Source: a virus
Direction: 5' to 3' (one strand)
Virus record (IMG/VR): IMGVR_UViG_3300025018_000051
Span: 1-40,489 of that record
DNA: 40,489 nt
The notes beneath the pieces were generated by a model. That model did not search any database, was not told where the DNA came from, and saw only the letters and a list, made by a program, of their open reading frames with translations. The position numbers were made by a program, and so were the translations under genes. Of the stretch, positions 22,109-28,415 are shown piece after piece; the first letter of the stretch is position 1, and each line of letters starts with the position of its first letter.

Positions 22109-22459
22109 TCACAGGTCATATTCCAGCGACCAGCGACCAGACTCAAACGCAGCGCGCAGCTTGTCGGCAATGTCGATCAGTTCAGTCCCGTTAGTATGTC
22201 TTACGTCTTGACAATGTTCCTCGACAATTTCGCGAATTTCATCAAGTAAATGGATTTCACCCTGCACCCATTCCGCAATCTCTGCAGGCGACGCATCGAC
22301 CCATGGAGATAAATATGTAATATCTTCGATTGCCCCAGCGTTGGCTTCTGCATCGTCTTGAGCGTCCAGCAGTTCGAGCAATTCGGGAGCCCATTCGCAG
22401 CCTCGCAATCGCCGCGCTTCAAGCCATTCTGTTACGTTCAAATACATGTATTTTGTCAT
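22109..22459 (-). CDS. strongly acidic early protein
   Basis: 116 aa with ~27 Asp/Glu versus ~9 Lys/Arg by hand count. It ends WSLEYDL. ATGA overlap with the upstream gene. Confidence 0.6.
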   Translation of the reverse strand: MTKYMYLNVTEWLEARRLRGCEWAPELLELLDAQDDAEANAGAIEDITYLSPWVDASPAEIAEWVQGEIHLLDEIREIVEEHCQDVRHTNGTELIDIADKLRAAFESGRWSLEYDL

Positions 22460-23397
22460 GGTTTACCTCCTGACACAGGTTTGTCAAAACCGTGAATGCG
22501 TGATTGCGCCTCAAGCAAATCAAGAATAGCGAATGTTTCTTCACCTAGAGGGGTTCCACCTCTAGTTCTTTGCCAATGCTCGCGCGCCTTAGCAAAACTG
22601 AAATAACGACATCCTGCTATAATGCGCGGACCATCTGGCGTTGGTGCAACCGTAAAAGTGTAATTATCGCTGCGAATGGCAGTTAAATTGATTTTAGATA
22701 TTCGCGCATCGCCGTAGACATGTGCATTGCCATAGACCCTCGCATCGCCGAAGACCTGTGCATCGCCATAGACCCTCGCATCGCCGAAGACCTGCGCATT
22801 GCCGGAAACCTGTGCATTGCCGGAAACCCGAGCATCACCGTAGACCTTCGCATCGCTGGAAACCCGTGCATTGCCGGAAACCCGTGCATCGCCGGAAACC
22901 TGCGCATTGCCGTAGACCCAGGCATTGCCGGAAACCTGTGCATCGCCGGAAACCTGTGCATTGCCATAGACCCTCGCATTGCCGAAGATCCGTGCATTGC
23001 CGTAGACCCTCGCATCGCCGGAAACCTGTGCATCGCCGAAGACCTGTGCATTGCCGGAAAGCCAAGTATCGCCGGAGATATGTGCATCGCCAGAAACCTG
23101 CGCATCGCCGTAGACCTGTGCATTGCCGAAGACCCGTGCATTGCCGAAGACCCGTGCATCGCTGGAAACCCGTGCATTGCCGGAAACCCGTGCATTGCCG
23201 AAAACTCTCGCATCGCCGTAGACCCAGGCATTGCCTAAGCGTGAAAGGCAAGCTTCTTTCTCAATCCATCCGCCAAGATTACCCGCAAAAACATTGATCT
23301 CTTGCATGTCTTTCACAGCACGTATCCGGTGCAACGTAATGCCAAACCAATTCCTGGTTTCGCCGGTCGCCTCAAATTTTTCATTCTTAAATGTCAT
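22456..23397 (-). CDS. hexapeptide-repeat (left-handed beta-helix-like) early protein
   Basis: N-domain (FGITLHRIRAV...GNLGGWIEKEACLS), then 30 uninterrupted [GS][ND][AT]x[VIL][SYF] hexads, then a C-domain (RSDNYTFTVAPTPDGPRIIAGCRYFSFAKAREHW). Confidence 0.8.
   Translation of the reverse strand: MTFKNEKFEATGETRNWFGITLHRIRAVKDMQEINVFAGNLGGWIEKEACLSRLGNAWVYGDARVFGNARVSGNARVSSDARVFGNARVFGNAQVYGDAQVSGDAHISGDTWLSGNAQVFGDAQVSGDARVYGNARIFGNARVYGNAQVSGDAQVSGNAWVYGNAQVSGDARVSGNARVSSDAKVYGDARVSGNAQVSGNAQVFGDARVYGDAQVFGDARVYGNAHVYGDARISKINLTAIRSDNYTFTVAPTPDGPRIIAGCRYFSFAKAREHWQRTRGGTPLGEETFAILDLLEAQSRIHGFDKPVSGGKP
22696..23235. repeat. 18-bp periodic coding repeat x30
   Basis: 540 nt of phased GGnAAyGCnCrnGTnTmn-type units. 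All frames on both strands are open across it, which produces four spurious ORFs in the track. Confidence 0.9.
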
Positions 23398-23764
23398 GAT
23401 CTATCTCTTTCTTGTTTTCACCGCAAATTGAACACTTATAGACGACGCAATCGCTTGAGCGCATAGGTATATTTTGCCAGTCGTGGTGACAAAATATCGT
23501 CAGTTCGATAGCTTCGCGCATTTTGATCTTTGCCTTTTCCCAGGCGTCAAAGTCATTTGCTGAATCCAATACAGAAACCATCGACTTCAACGCATCGAGC
23601 ATTGCGGGTGCTGCGACAATTAAGCGCGCAGTTTCCTCACTCTCGGGGCTCCAGCCCTTCCCTATAGGGTATCCCGTCCCTATCACTTTTGCGATAATTT
23701 TTGAATCTTCACAAATACAATCCCGCCAGTGACTTCCATAACCTTTGCCTCTCATCCAATTCAT
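23387..23764 (-). CDS. hypothetical protein with ARLIVAAPAMLDALK motif and C-terminal Cys/His cluster
   Basis: 125 aa. The xARLIAAAPxxLxALK motif is common in uncharacterised phage proteins (from memory). CHHDW...YKCSICGE suggests a small zinc site. Confidence 0.55.
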   Translation of the reverse strand: MNWMRGKGYGSHWRDCICEDSKIIAKVIGTGYPIGKGWSPESEETARLIVAAPAMLDALKSMVSVLDSANDFDAWEKAKIKMREAIELTIFCHHDWQNIPMRSSDCVVYKCSICGENKKEIDHDI

Positions 23765-24144
23765 AGTTCCACCCCTTCCAAAAGTTTGAGAAATTCAGGA
23801 GACAATTCCCCTTCGTCAGTAAAGACAGGTTCACAAATGTCTCCGGCTTCATCTTCCACCCATAGAGGCCAGTGGTCACGAGAATTAAGCGGACGTGACA
23901 GTGCAAACCTTTTGCCTGCAATACGAAAAGGGACATTTGCAATAGTCAAAGAGCCATCATTAGAATCTTGCACGATTTGGAAAGTTTCACCACTATGCTC
24001 GCCCGGATCAATTCCGTTCGTCACCTTGCCAAGTGTTGCCTTGTGCCCTCGCGTTTGATCTAGCAGAATCCACAAGCGCCCATAGCACTTGAGCAAGTCC
24101 GCCTCGTTGAAAAGGTCGCGAGGGATGACTCTAAAATAGGTCAT
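23761..24144 (-). CDS. hypothetical early protein
   Basis: 127-aa ORF with ATGA overlaps on both sides. It ends LEGVEL within a repeated junction cassette. Confidence 0.55.
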   Translation of the reverse strand: MTYFRVIPRDLFNEADLLKCYGRLWILLDQTRGHKATLGKVTNGIDPGEHSGETFQIVQDSNDGSLTIANVPFRIAGKRFALSRPLNSRDHWPLWVEDEAGDICEPVFTDEGELSPEFLKLLEGVEL

Positions 24145-24614
24145 GATTCCACCCCTTCCACACGATTAAACCATTCGAGCCGCGGCGCATCTGGCAAAGA
24201 TGCAATCTTGTCCGGAGTAATCCAGGTTTCGCGGTCAAGAATATCGACCGCAGCAACGTAGCAGCGCGGTTCGGAAAATTCACCGGATCGCACCTGTACA
24301 AACTGATTAGTAATTGAACCGCTCGTAAATTCACACATGAAAAAACCCATTGCCCTTTTGCGGTACATCGGAGGTAAGGCGTTCAGCATTTCATTGTAAA
24401 ATTCTGGTGTGATCTCTCGCAAAGGAGTTTCACTGAGAAAATAAGCTTTGTGCTGAGCCTCAAATTCGGATTCAGTCAAAATGTCGTAAAACTTGCCTGT
24501 TTTTGTTTCTCGCTCGCATTTGACCGGATATGCCTCGCGCTGTGTTTTGTGCCATGACCACAGCCAAGGTTTCCCGCGCTCAACCACTGCAAATTTCAAG
24601 TCATCAATGTTCAT
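24141..24614 (-). CDS. hypothetical early protein
   Basis: 157-aa ORF. GAAAGGAAAAG lies upstream of ATG24614. It ends VEGVES within the same junction cassette. Confidence 0.55.
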   Translation of the reverse strand: MNIDDLKFAVVERGKPWLWSWHKTQREAYPVKCERETKTGKFYDILTESEFEAQHKAYFLSETPLREITPEFYNEMLNALPPMYRKRAMGFFMCEFTSGSITNQFVQVRSGEFSEPRCYVAAVDILDRETWITPDKIASLPDAPRLEWFNRVEGVES

Positions 24615-24631
24615 ATTCTTTTCCTTTCTAA

Positions 24632-24648
24632 ATGTTCCGTAACGTCAC
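24632..24648. promoter_or_regulatory. 17-nt motif copy 4 (ATGTTCCGTAACGTCAC)
   Basis: Same motif as the three copies at 26401, 26450 and 26594. It overlaps the stop codon of the HTH gene 24645..25235. Confidence 0.45.
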
Positions 24649-25235
24649 AAATCCAGTTTTGCAACAGGTTTCTTTTCTGGTCGCTGATAAACGGTTTTTC
24701 CGTCCTCAATAAACCAGAATGGTTGAAAATCAGGATGCGCTCGGCATTGCCACACTGCAGCCGTGACCTTGCGCGATAGTCCATCAATTTGATGATCCGG
24801 CACATTCGCCAGCAAACGAACCGCCAAATAAGCATGATCATGCTTCGCCCGGTTATCAAATCCATGATCGCACATGATGAAGCTGCAAAGCCAATTCACG
24901 AGCTTTGTGACCGCGGCTGCATCTTTGCGCGCTGCTAGCTCGATCGCGCTAGAGACTTGCCAAGGAGCGCCGCTAGCGAGCGCATCACCTAGCTTGTCTA
25001 ATGTCTCGCTTATCTCAAATTCCCATTGCGTGAGGGATTGCCTGACTTTGGGATATTTGAGCAAATGGAATTGCTGCAATGCAGACAAACCGTTACCTTT
25101 TTGCATGTTCAGTCGGATGGCATCGGCAATCGGATCGCTGGCTTTTGTCGCCTTGAGAAAACCCAGCTTGTCCAATTTTTTGAGTGTTCGCAGCGAGAGC
25201 CCTGACAATTGCGCGATTTTATAAATATCAGTCAT
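24645..25235 (-). CDS. HTH (MerR-like N-terminus) early regulator candidate
   Basis: MTDIYKIAQLSGLSLRTLKKLDKLGFL resembles a MerR-type HTH. 196 aa, ending AKLDL. Confidence 0.5.
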   Translation of the reverse strand: MTDIYKIAQLSGLSLRTLKKLDKLGFLKATKASDPIADAIRLNMQKGNGLSALQQFHLLKYPKVRQSLTQWEFEISETLDKLGDALASGAPWQVSSAIELAARKDAAAVTKLVNWLCSFIMCDHGFDNRAKHDHAYLAVRLLANVPDHQIDGLSRKVTAAVWQCRAHPDFQPFWFIEDGKTVYQRPEKKPVAKLDL

Positions 25236-25459
25236 GCAAAAGCCTCTCGATCCTGAAAAATAACTGACAAGGCGTCGGCATAGGATAGCTCCGGCATTCG
25301 GTCAGTCAGCCGCGCAAATTCATCGCGAAATTCGCCGGCTGCGTCACCTTGAAAAAACACACTTTCACCGCTTGGTTTGTGATCGATCGAATAAGCTAAC
25401 CCATTACCCCAAGACGTGACGCACCATTCCGGCAAATCGTGAATGATATAAGAGCGCAT
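25232..25459 (-). CDS. hypothetical 75-aa early protein
   Basis: ORF with an ATGA overlap onto the downstream gene. No motif recognised. Confidence 0.5.
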   Translation of the reverse strand: MRSYIIHDLPEWCVTSWGNGLAYSIDHKPSGESVFFQGDAAGEFRDEFARLTDRMPELSYADALSVIFQDREAFA

Positions 25460-25757
25460 TGGTTAAACCCTTTCAATGTTAGAATTAGACGAATTAGGCA
25501 GCCTAAGCCCCCTAATTCTAAATGTCAATCCTGATAATTCAGACTACAAGAATGGCGGTTTTCTGCCATTCTTTCAGAATTAGGCACAGTCAGGACCTTG
25601 TATCGTGCGCGCGCGTAAGAGAGACGATGCTTCTCATCGCCCTCCGCTTCGCGCGAGATCGCACCTTCGCCCTACGGCTACGGCGCTGCGCTCCGCTCCG
25701 TTGCTCGCTTTGATGATTGAAAAATAATTTTGACAACCTTTCAATTTTTCAAATTCC

Positions 25758-25808
25758 TGAATTACTCAAATGCCGGGATTTTCTAATCTCTGGCATTTGA
25801 GTAATTCA
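25758..25808. repeat. 17-bp perfect inverted repeat with 17-nt loop (terminator/attenuator or operator)
   Basis: TGAATTACTCAAATGCC (25758-25774) pairs with GGCATTTGAGTAATTCA (25792-25808). It lies 12 nt downstream (minus sense) of the stop of 25820..26002. Confidence 0.8.
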
Positions 25809-25819
25809 CCTTCGCCCCA

Positions 25820-26002
25820 TCAATCCTCGTAAAACTCCGCTTGCCCGATCCGGTTTCCGTTGTGATCCTGGATAATTGTCACTGCGCTTATTCCGCATTC
25901 CAGCCTGTCCGCTAAATGCCGCAAGAGGTGTGCAGTTTCACTGCATAGGTTTTCGTCAAATGCGCCATTGTCCATGTCAAAGCTGATAATCATTCTCGAC
26001 AT
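25820..26002 (-). CDS. hypothetical 60-aa early protein
   Basis: ATG26002 is preceded by GGGAAGGAATTGAGA. The product begins MSRMIISFDMDNGAFDENL... The track's longer 26035 start lacks an SD. Confidence 0.45.
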   Translation of the reverse strand: MSRMIISFDMDNGAFDENLCSETAHLLRHLADRLECGISAVTIIQDHNGNRIGQAEFYED

Positions 26003-26219
26003 TCTCAATTCCTTCCCTATTTTTGATAATCTCAAAACTGTCCGCCTTTAGAGACTTATTCATAAAATAACCACGCTCCACATAAACCGGAATAATTTTG
26101 ATTAGGTGACGCTCTGCCCGTTCCAGACTGTCAAAAATTCCATGCACCGCTAATGGGTCCGCTTTTCCACGATGTAATAAGTCATTCTCAATTCCTTCCT
26201 TGTGATATTTGATAAGCAT
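25977..26219 (-). CDS. hypothetical 80-aa early protein
   Basis: ATG-initiated ORF containing two copies of the GGAAGGAATTGAGAATG cassette (KEGIEN / REGIEN). Coding status is moderate. Confidence 0.4.
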   Translation of the reverse strand: MLIKYHKEGIENDLLHRGKADPLAVHGIFDSLERAERHLIKIIPVYVERGYFMNKSLKADSFEIIKNREGIENVENDYQL

Positions 26220-26322
26220 AAAGCTTCTGCACCCGCTTCTGATCTCGCAAATGCCGCCAGGCTGTCAATTCGTCAAAACCAAATTCCTCGCAAAGCTGTT
26301 CAATTTTTGTTTGGTGAATCAT
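26191..26322 (-). CDS. possible first early ORF (43 aa)
   Basis: ATG26322 is preceded by GAGAAGGGAA. The translation is MIHQTKIEQLCEEFGFDELTAWRHLRDQKRVQKLYAYQISQGRN. Below the track cut-off. Confidence 0.3.
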
Positions 26323-26367
26323 TTTCAAATTCCCTTCTCGTTTACGATAATCTCTTATCGCACTCAA

Positions 26368-26395
26368 ACCTTACCAAATGATTAAAGCCGGTCAA
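26368..26395 (-). promoter_or_regulatory. candidate sigma70-type early promoter (leftward)
   Basis: On the minus strand: TTGACC (26395-26390), 16-nt spacer, TAAGGT (26373-26368). It lies ~45 nt upstream of the first early ORF and is flanked by a 17-nt motif copy. Confidence 0.35.
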
Positions 26396-26400
26396 GTTAA

Positions 26401-26417
26401 ATGTTCCGCAACGTCAA
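26401..26417. promoter_or_regulatory. 17-nt motif copy 1 (ATGTTCCGCAACGTCAA)
   Basis: Consensus ATGTTCCRYAACGTCA. It lies 5 nt upstream of the candidate early -35. Confidence 0.45.
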
Positions 26418-26449
26418 TTTGTATCAGGCGAACCTTGGAAGATTTACTG

Positions 26450-26466
26450 ATGTTCCACAACGTCAC
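26450..26466. promoter_or_regulatory. 17-nt motif copy 2 (ATGTTCCACAACGTCAC)
   Basis: Direct repeat of copy 1, 49 nt away. Confidence 0.45.
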
Positions 26467-26487
26467 CTAATTAATCCCGGACAGAAA

Positions 26488-26536
26488 AAGGGACCCGTAG
26501 GTCAAAAAATTGAGGGCCGGGGGGTCCCTTCTTTTT
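26488..26536. other. hairpin flanked by A5 and T6 tracts (weak bidirectional terminator shape)
   Basis: AAGGGACCC (26488-26496) pairs with GGGTCCCTT (26522-26530), then CTTTTTT. The loop is 25 nt, long for an intrinsic terminator. Confidence 0.3.
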
Positions 26537-26593
26537 TACGCGGCGTTGACCGGGCCAGTGCGACATACCGAATAAACCTATTTTTCCCATCCC

Positions 26594-26610
26594 ATGACGT
26601 TACGGAACAT
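26594..26610. promoter_or_regulatory. 17-nt motif copy 3, inverted orientation (ATGACGTTACGGAACAT)
   Basis: The reverse complement, ATGTTCCGTAACGTCAT, matches copy 4 at 16 of 17 positions. Confidence 0.45.
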
Positions 26611-26836
26611 TCCAATCCATCCCCAGATTTCCCATTCCGGCACACCATCATCAAAACCTTTGCAATCTATTCCAGTCCTTTCTAATCCATCCCTATGTCC
26701 GTGGTCATTGGATCGAAGCAAGGCTGTCCAACCGCTTTAGCACTGGCTTCGATACAGGTTGCACGGCACATGACCGAAAATACCAATCAAATGAATAGAA
26801 GAACGTAAATCATGGGATATTTCACAGAAGATCAAA

Positions 26837-26865
26837 TTCAAACCGACCGCATCCTGCAATATTTT
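26837..26865 (+). promoter_or_regulatory. candidate rightward promoter A
   Basis: TTCAAA (26837-26842), 17-nt spacer, TATTTT (26860-26865). A transcript from here would reach the 27014-27058 terminator after ~185 nt. Confidence 0.3.
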
Positions 26866-26950
26866 GAATACTAGCACTTGCCGGATTTCCTGCCTCAAAA
26901 CTGTTCGCTACTCTCACCAGGAAACCGATCACGAGACTTCCCCTAAAAGA

Positions 26951-26979
26951 TTGACACCGACCTAAACCTCGGTTAGGTT
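26951..26979 (+). promoter_or_regulatory. candidate rightward promoter B
   Basis: TTGACA (26951-26956), 17-nt spacer, TAGGTT (26974-26979). A transcript from here would be ~75 nt up to the terminator. Confidence 0.3.
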
Positions 26980-27013
26980 AGGCTATTCATTCATCCCCCG
27001 AATGAATAACCTA

Positions 27014-27058
27014 GACCCGCATGAGCCTTATTTCCCTTCGGTTCATGCGGGTCTTTTT
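27014..27058 (+). terminator. strong rho-independent terminator immediately upstream of the rightward (late) operon
   Basis: GACCCGCATGAGCC pairs with GGTTCATGCGGGTC (11 perfect bp plus 3 more including one G-U), 12-nt loop, then TTTTTAT. Confidence 0.75.
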
Positions 27059-27121
27059 ATGTCTTGACCGCATATGTGCAATCTGTCATGCACTTGCCGA
27101 CAATCCGAAAAGGTCAAGCAA

Positions 27122-27274
27122 ATGAACCGCATCGAAAAACTCCAGACAAAACTCAAAGCCCGAGAGAACCAATCCGGTTTCGAGAAAAACTGCGAAGCAA
27201 TAAGGGCGGAAATTTCCAGATTGACGACCTTCCCGAAGCAACCGTGCTTTGGCCTCGAAAACAAGGGAACATGA
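27122..27274 (+). CDS. small coiled-coil-like protein (50 aa), first gene of the rightward operon
   Basis: ATG27122 follows AAAAGG. The product begins MNRIEKLQTKLKARENQSGFEKNCEAIRAEISRL... Its TGA overlaps the next ATG (ATGA). Confidence 0.4.
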   Translation: MNRIEKLQTKLKARENQSGFEKNCEAIRAEISRLTTFPKQPCFGLENKGT

Positions 27275-27648
27275 TTCCGGTGAACCATCTACCTCTTGAC
27301 CTGTCCCTCCTCGATGCCAAGGGGAGCGGAAATATGGTATCTTCTGGACCTACGGTCGATTTTCTCAAGCGTTTGAAGCGGCTCGATGCCGAATACGTCA
27401 CACCCCGCGACGTATTGTGCCTCTACTGCGTTCTCAGGAAGCCTGGAATGTCGAGACAGGACTTGTGCCATGTAATCGGTGTTCTCAACGCCTCCAACGT
27501 GCTCTCAAACGTCACACGGCTGATTCGCTGGGGCTTCATGGAGGATCGCAGAGTGGACATTCGCCGGGCAAGTCCCTCGATGCTCTACGTCCTTCCTCCC
27601 GGTATCGAATTTTGGAACTCCATCGACCCGGGACACCTGGATCTATGA
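27271..27648 (+). CDS. winged-helix (MarR-like) DNA-binding protein candidate
   Basis: VTPRDVLCLYCVLRKPGMSRQDLCHVIGVLNASNVLSNVTRLIRWGFMEDRR fits a wHTH pattern. AAGGGA lies upstream of ATG27271. It ends GHLDL. Confidence 0.5.
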   Translation: MIPVNHLPLDLSLLDAKGSGNMVSSGPTVDFLKRLKRLDAEYVTPRDVLCLYCVLRKPGMSRQDLCHVIGVLNASNVLSNVTRLIRWGFMEDRRVDIRRASPSMLYVLPPGIEFWNSIDPGHLDL

Positions 27649-27839
27649 GCACTCCTTGCTTCCTGTGCGGCGTCAACTCGTGGACCTCCTGCAAACACCG
27701 GGATGCTTACAGGAAACCTCCCAAGGAAATGGCGGAGCGAGACTTGAGCGCAATCCACCGCAAAGCGAGCGGAGGAGGTAAATACTCAATTCGTCCTTCA
27801 TCCACTAAGGGACTCAATTTCAAGAACCGCAAAAAATGA
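27645..27839 (+). CDS. hypothetical basic 64-aa protein
   Basis: ATGA overlaps on both sides. The product begins MSTPCFLCGVNSWTSCKHRD... Confidence 0.45.
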   Translation: MSTPCFLCGVNSWTSCKHRDAYRKPPKEMAERDLSAIHRKASGGGKYSIRPSSTKGLNFKNRKK

Positions 27840-28063
27840 GCGAACCTGTCGTGAATTTGGTTGGACATCTTGGCGATTCTGATATGGTCGGGTATATCCG
27901 CGCAGTAGCAGACCGTTACGGGCGCGGCAAAATCAGTGAGATTGTAGTAATCTCACACAATCGGATCCATTATTCCTATGAGCAGCGCGGTTCATGGGAA
28001 GATCGGTGGAGACTGGGCGGCGCAATCGAGAACGCAAAGACACACGCGATAGCAGAGCAATGA
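27836..28063 (+). CDS. hypothetical 75-aa protein
   Basis: ATGA-coupled ORF. No motif recognised. Confidence 0.5.
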   Translation: MSEPVVNLVGHLGDSDMVGYIRAVADRYGRGKISEIVVISHNRIHYSYEQRGSWEDRWRLGGAIENAKTHAIAEQ

Positions 28064-28395
28064 CTGACGAAACCAAAGACTTGCTGAAACCGACACGTGA
28101 TCTGGCACGTCTGCCAACGATCAGCGCCGAGCAGTATCAGCATGTGGGCCGCTATGCTGGCGCTCTCGTCATGTCCTGTTTCGAGCAAATCGGAGGTCTG
28201 CACCGTATGGCGACATGGGCCGACGGCAACCCGACCGATTTCTACACCAAGCTGTTTCCCAAGATGATTTCCCGAAGTCAGCAAGTCGATGTGAGCGGGA
28301 CACTGACAATCGACGACGCTATCAACCGCCTTGAACGCATGAACGCTACGGTTGAAGGAGAGTTTGAGGAAATCGAACACGAATACGATTTGTAA
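28060..28395 (+). CDS. hypothetical 111-aa protein (possible small terminase subunit, by position only)
   Basis: ATG28060 overlaps the upstream TGA. It ends EIEHEYDL. No TerS motif is visible, so this is a positional guess. Confidence 0.35.
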   Translation: MTDETKDLLKPTRDLARLPTISAEQYQHVGRYAGALVMSCFEQIGGLHRMATWADGNPTDFYTKLFPKMISRSQQVDVSGTLTIDDAINRLERMNATVEGEFEEIEHEYDL

Positions 28396-28415
28396 ACGGC
28401 TTAGGAGAACAGGCC

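Noticed and set aside
22683-23297. Four long overlapping ORFs on both strands (182, 172, 191 and 138 aa) and a highly periodic repeat that could be taken for a CRISPR-like array.
   Set aside because: All are by-products of the 18-nt coding periodicity of the hexapeptide-repeat gene. The units are contiguous with no spacers, and the alternative translations are monotonous (CIAG/HRRKP-type). Only the minus-strand 22456..23397 frame has flanking non-repeat domains and coupled start/stop contexts.
18978-25235. Calling the phage temperate on the basis of two MerR-like HTH proteins and a winged-helix protein.
   Set aside because: No integrase, excisionase, partition or CI/Cro-type divergent pair is visible. 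HTH proteins alone do not establish lysogeny.
25522-25713. A 63-aa plus-strand ORF in the early-operon non-coding island, and a tRNA-like appearance of the GC-rich block 25606-25710.
   Set aside because: The ORF is on the wrong strand for the operon, lacks an SD, and is Arg/Leu/Cys-rich. I could not fold a cloverleaf or find a T-loop (GTTCRANYC-like) sequence on either strand.
26401-26685. A 94-aa plus-strand ORF in the divergent control region.
   Set aside because: It starts inside a regulatory motif copy and spans a hairpin/T-tract and pyrimidine-rich repeats. It has no SD and its composition is non-coding-like.
26960-27060. Three consecutive hairpins, considered as a tRNA or an attP core.
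   Set aside because: There is no acceptor/anticodon/T-arm geometry and no integrase gene anywhere in the genome. The hairpins are interpreted instead as a leader plus terminator.
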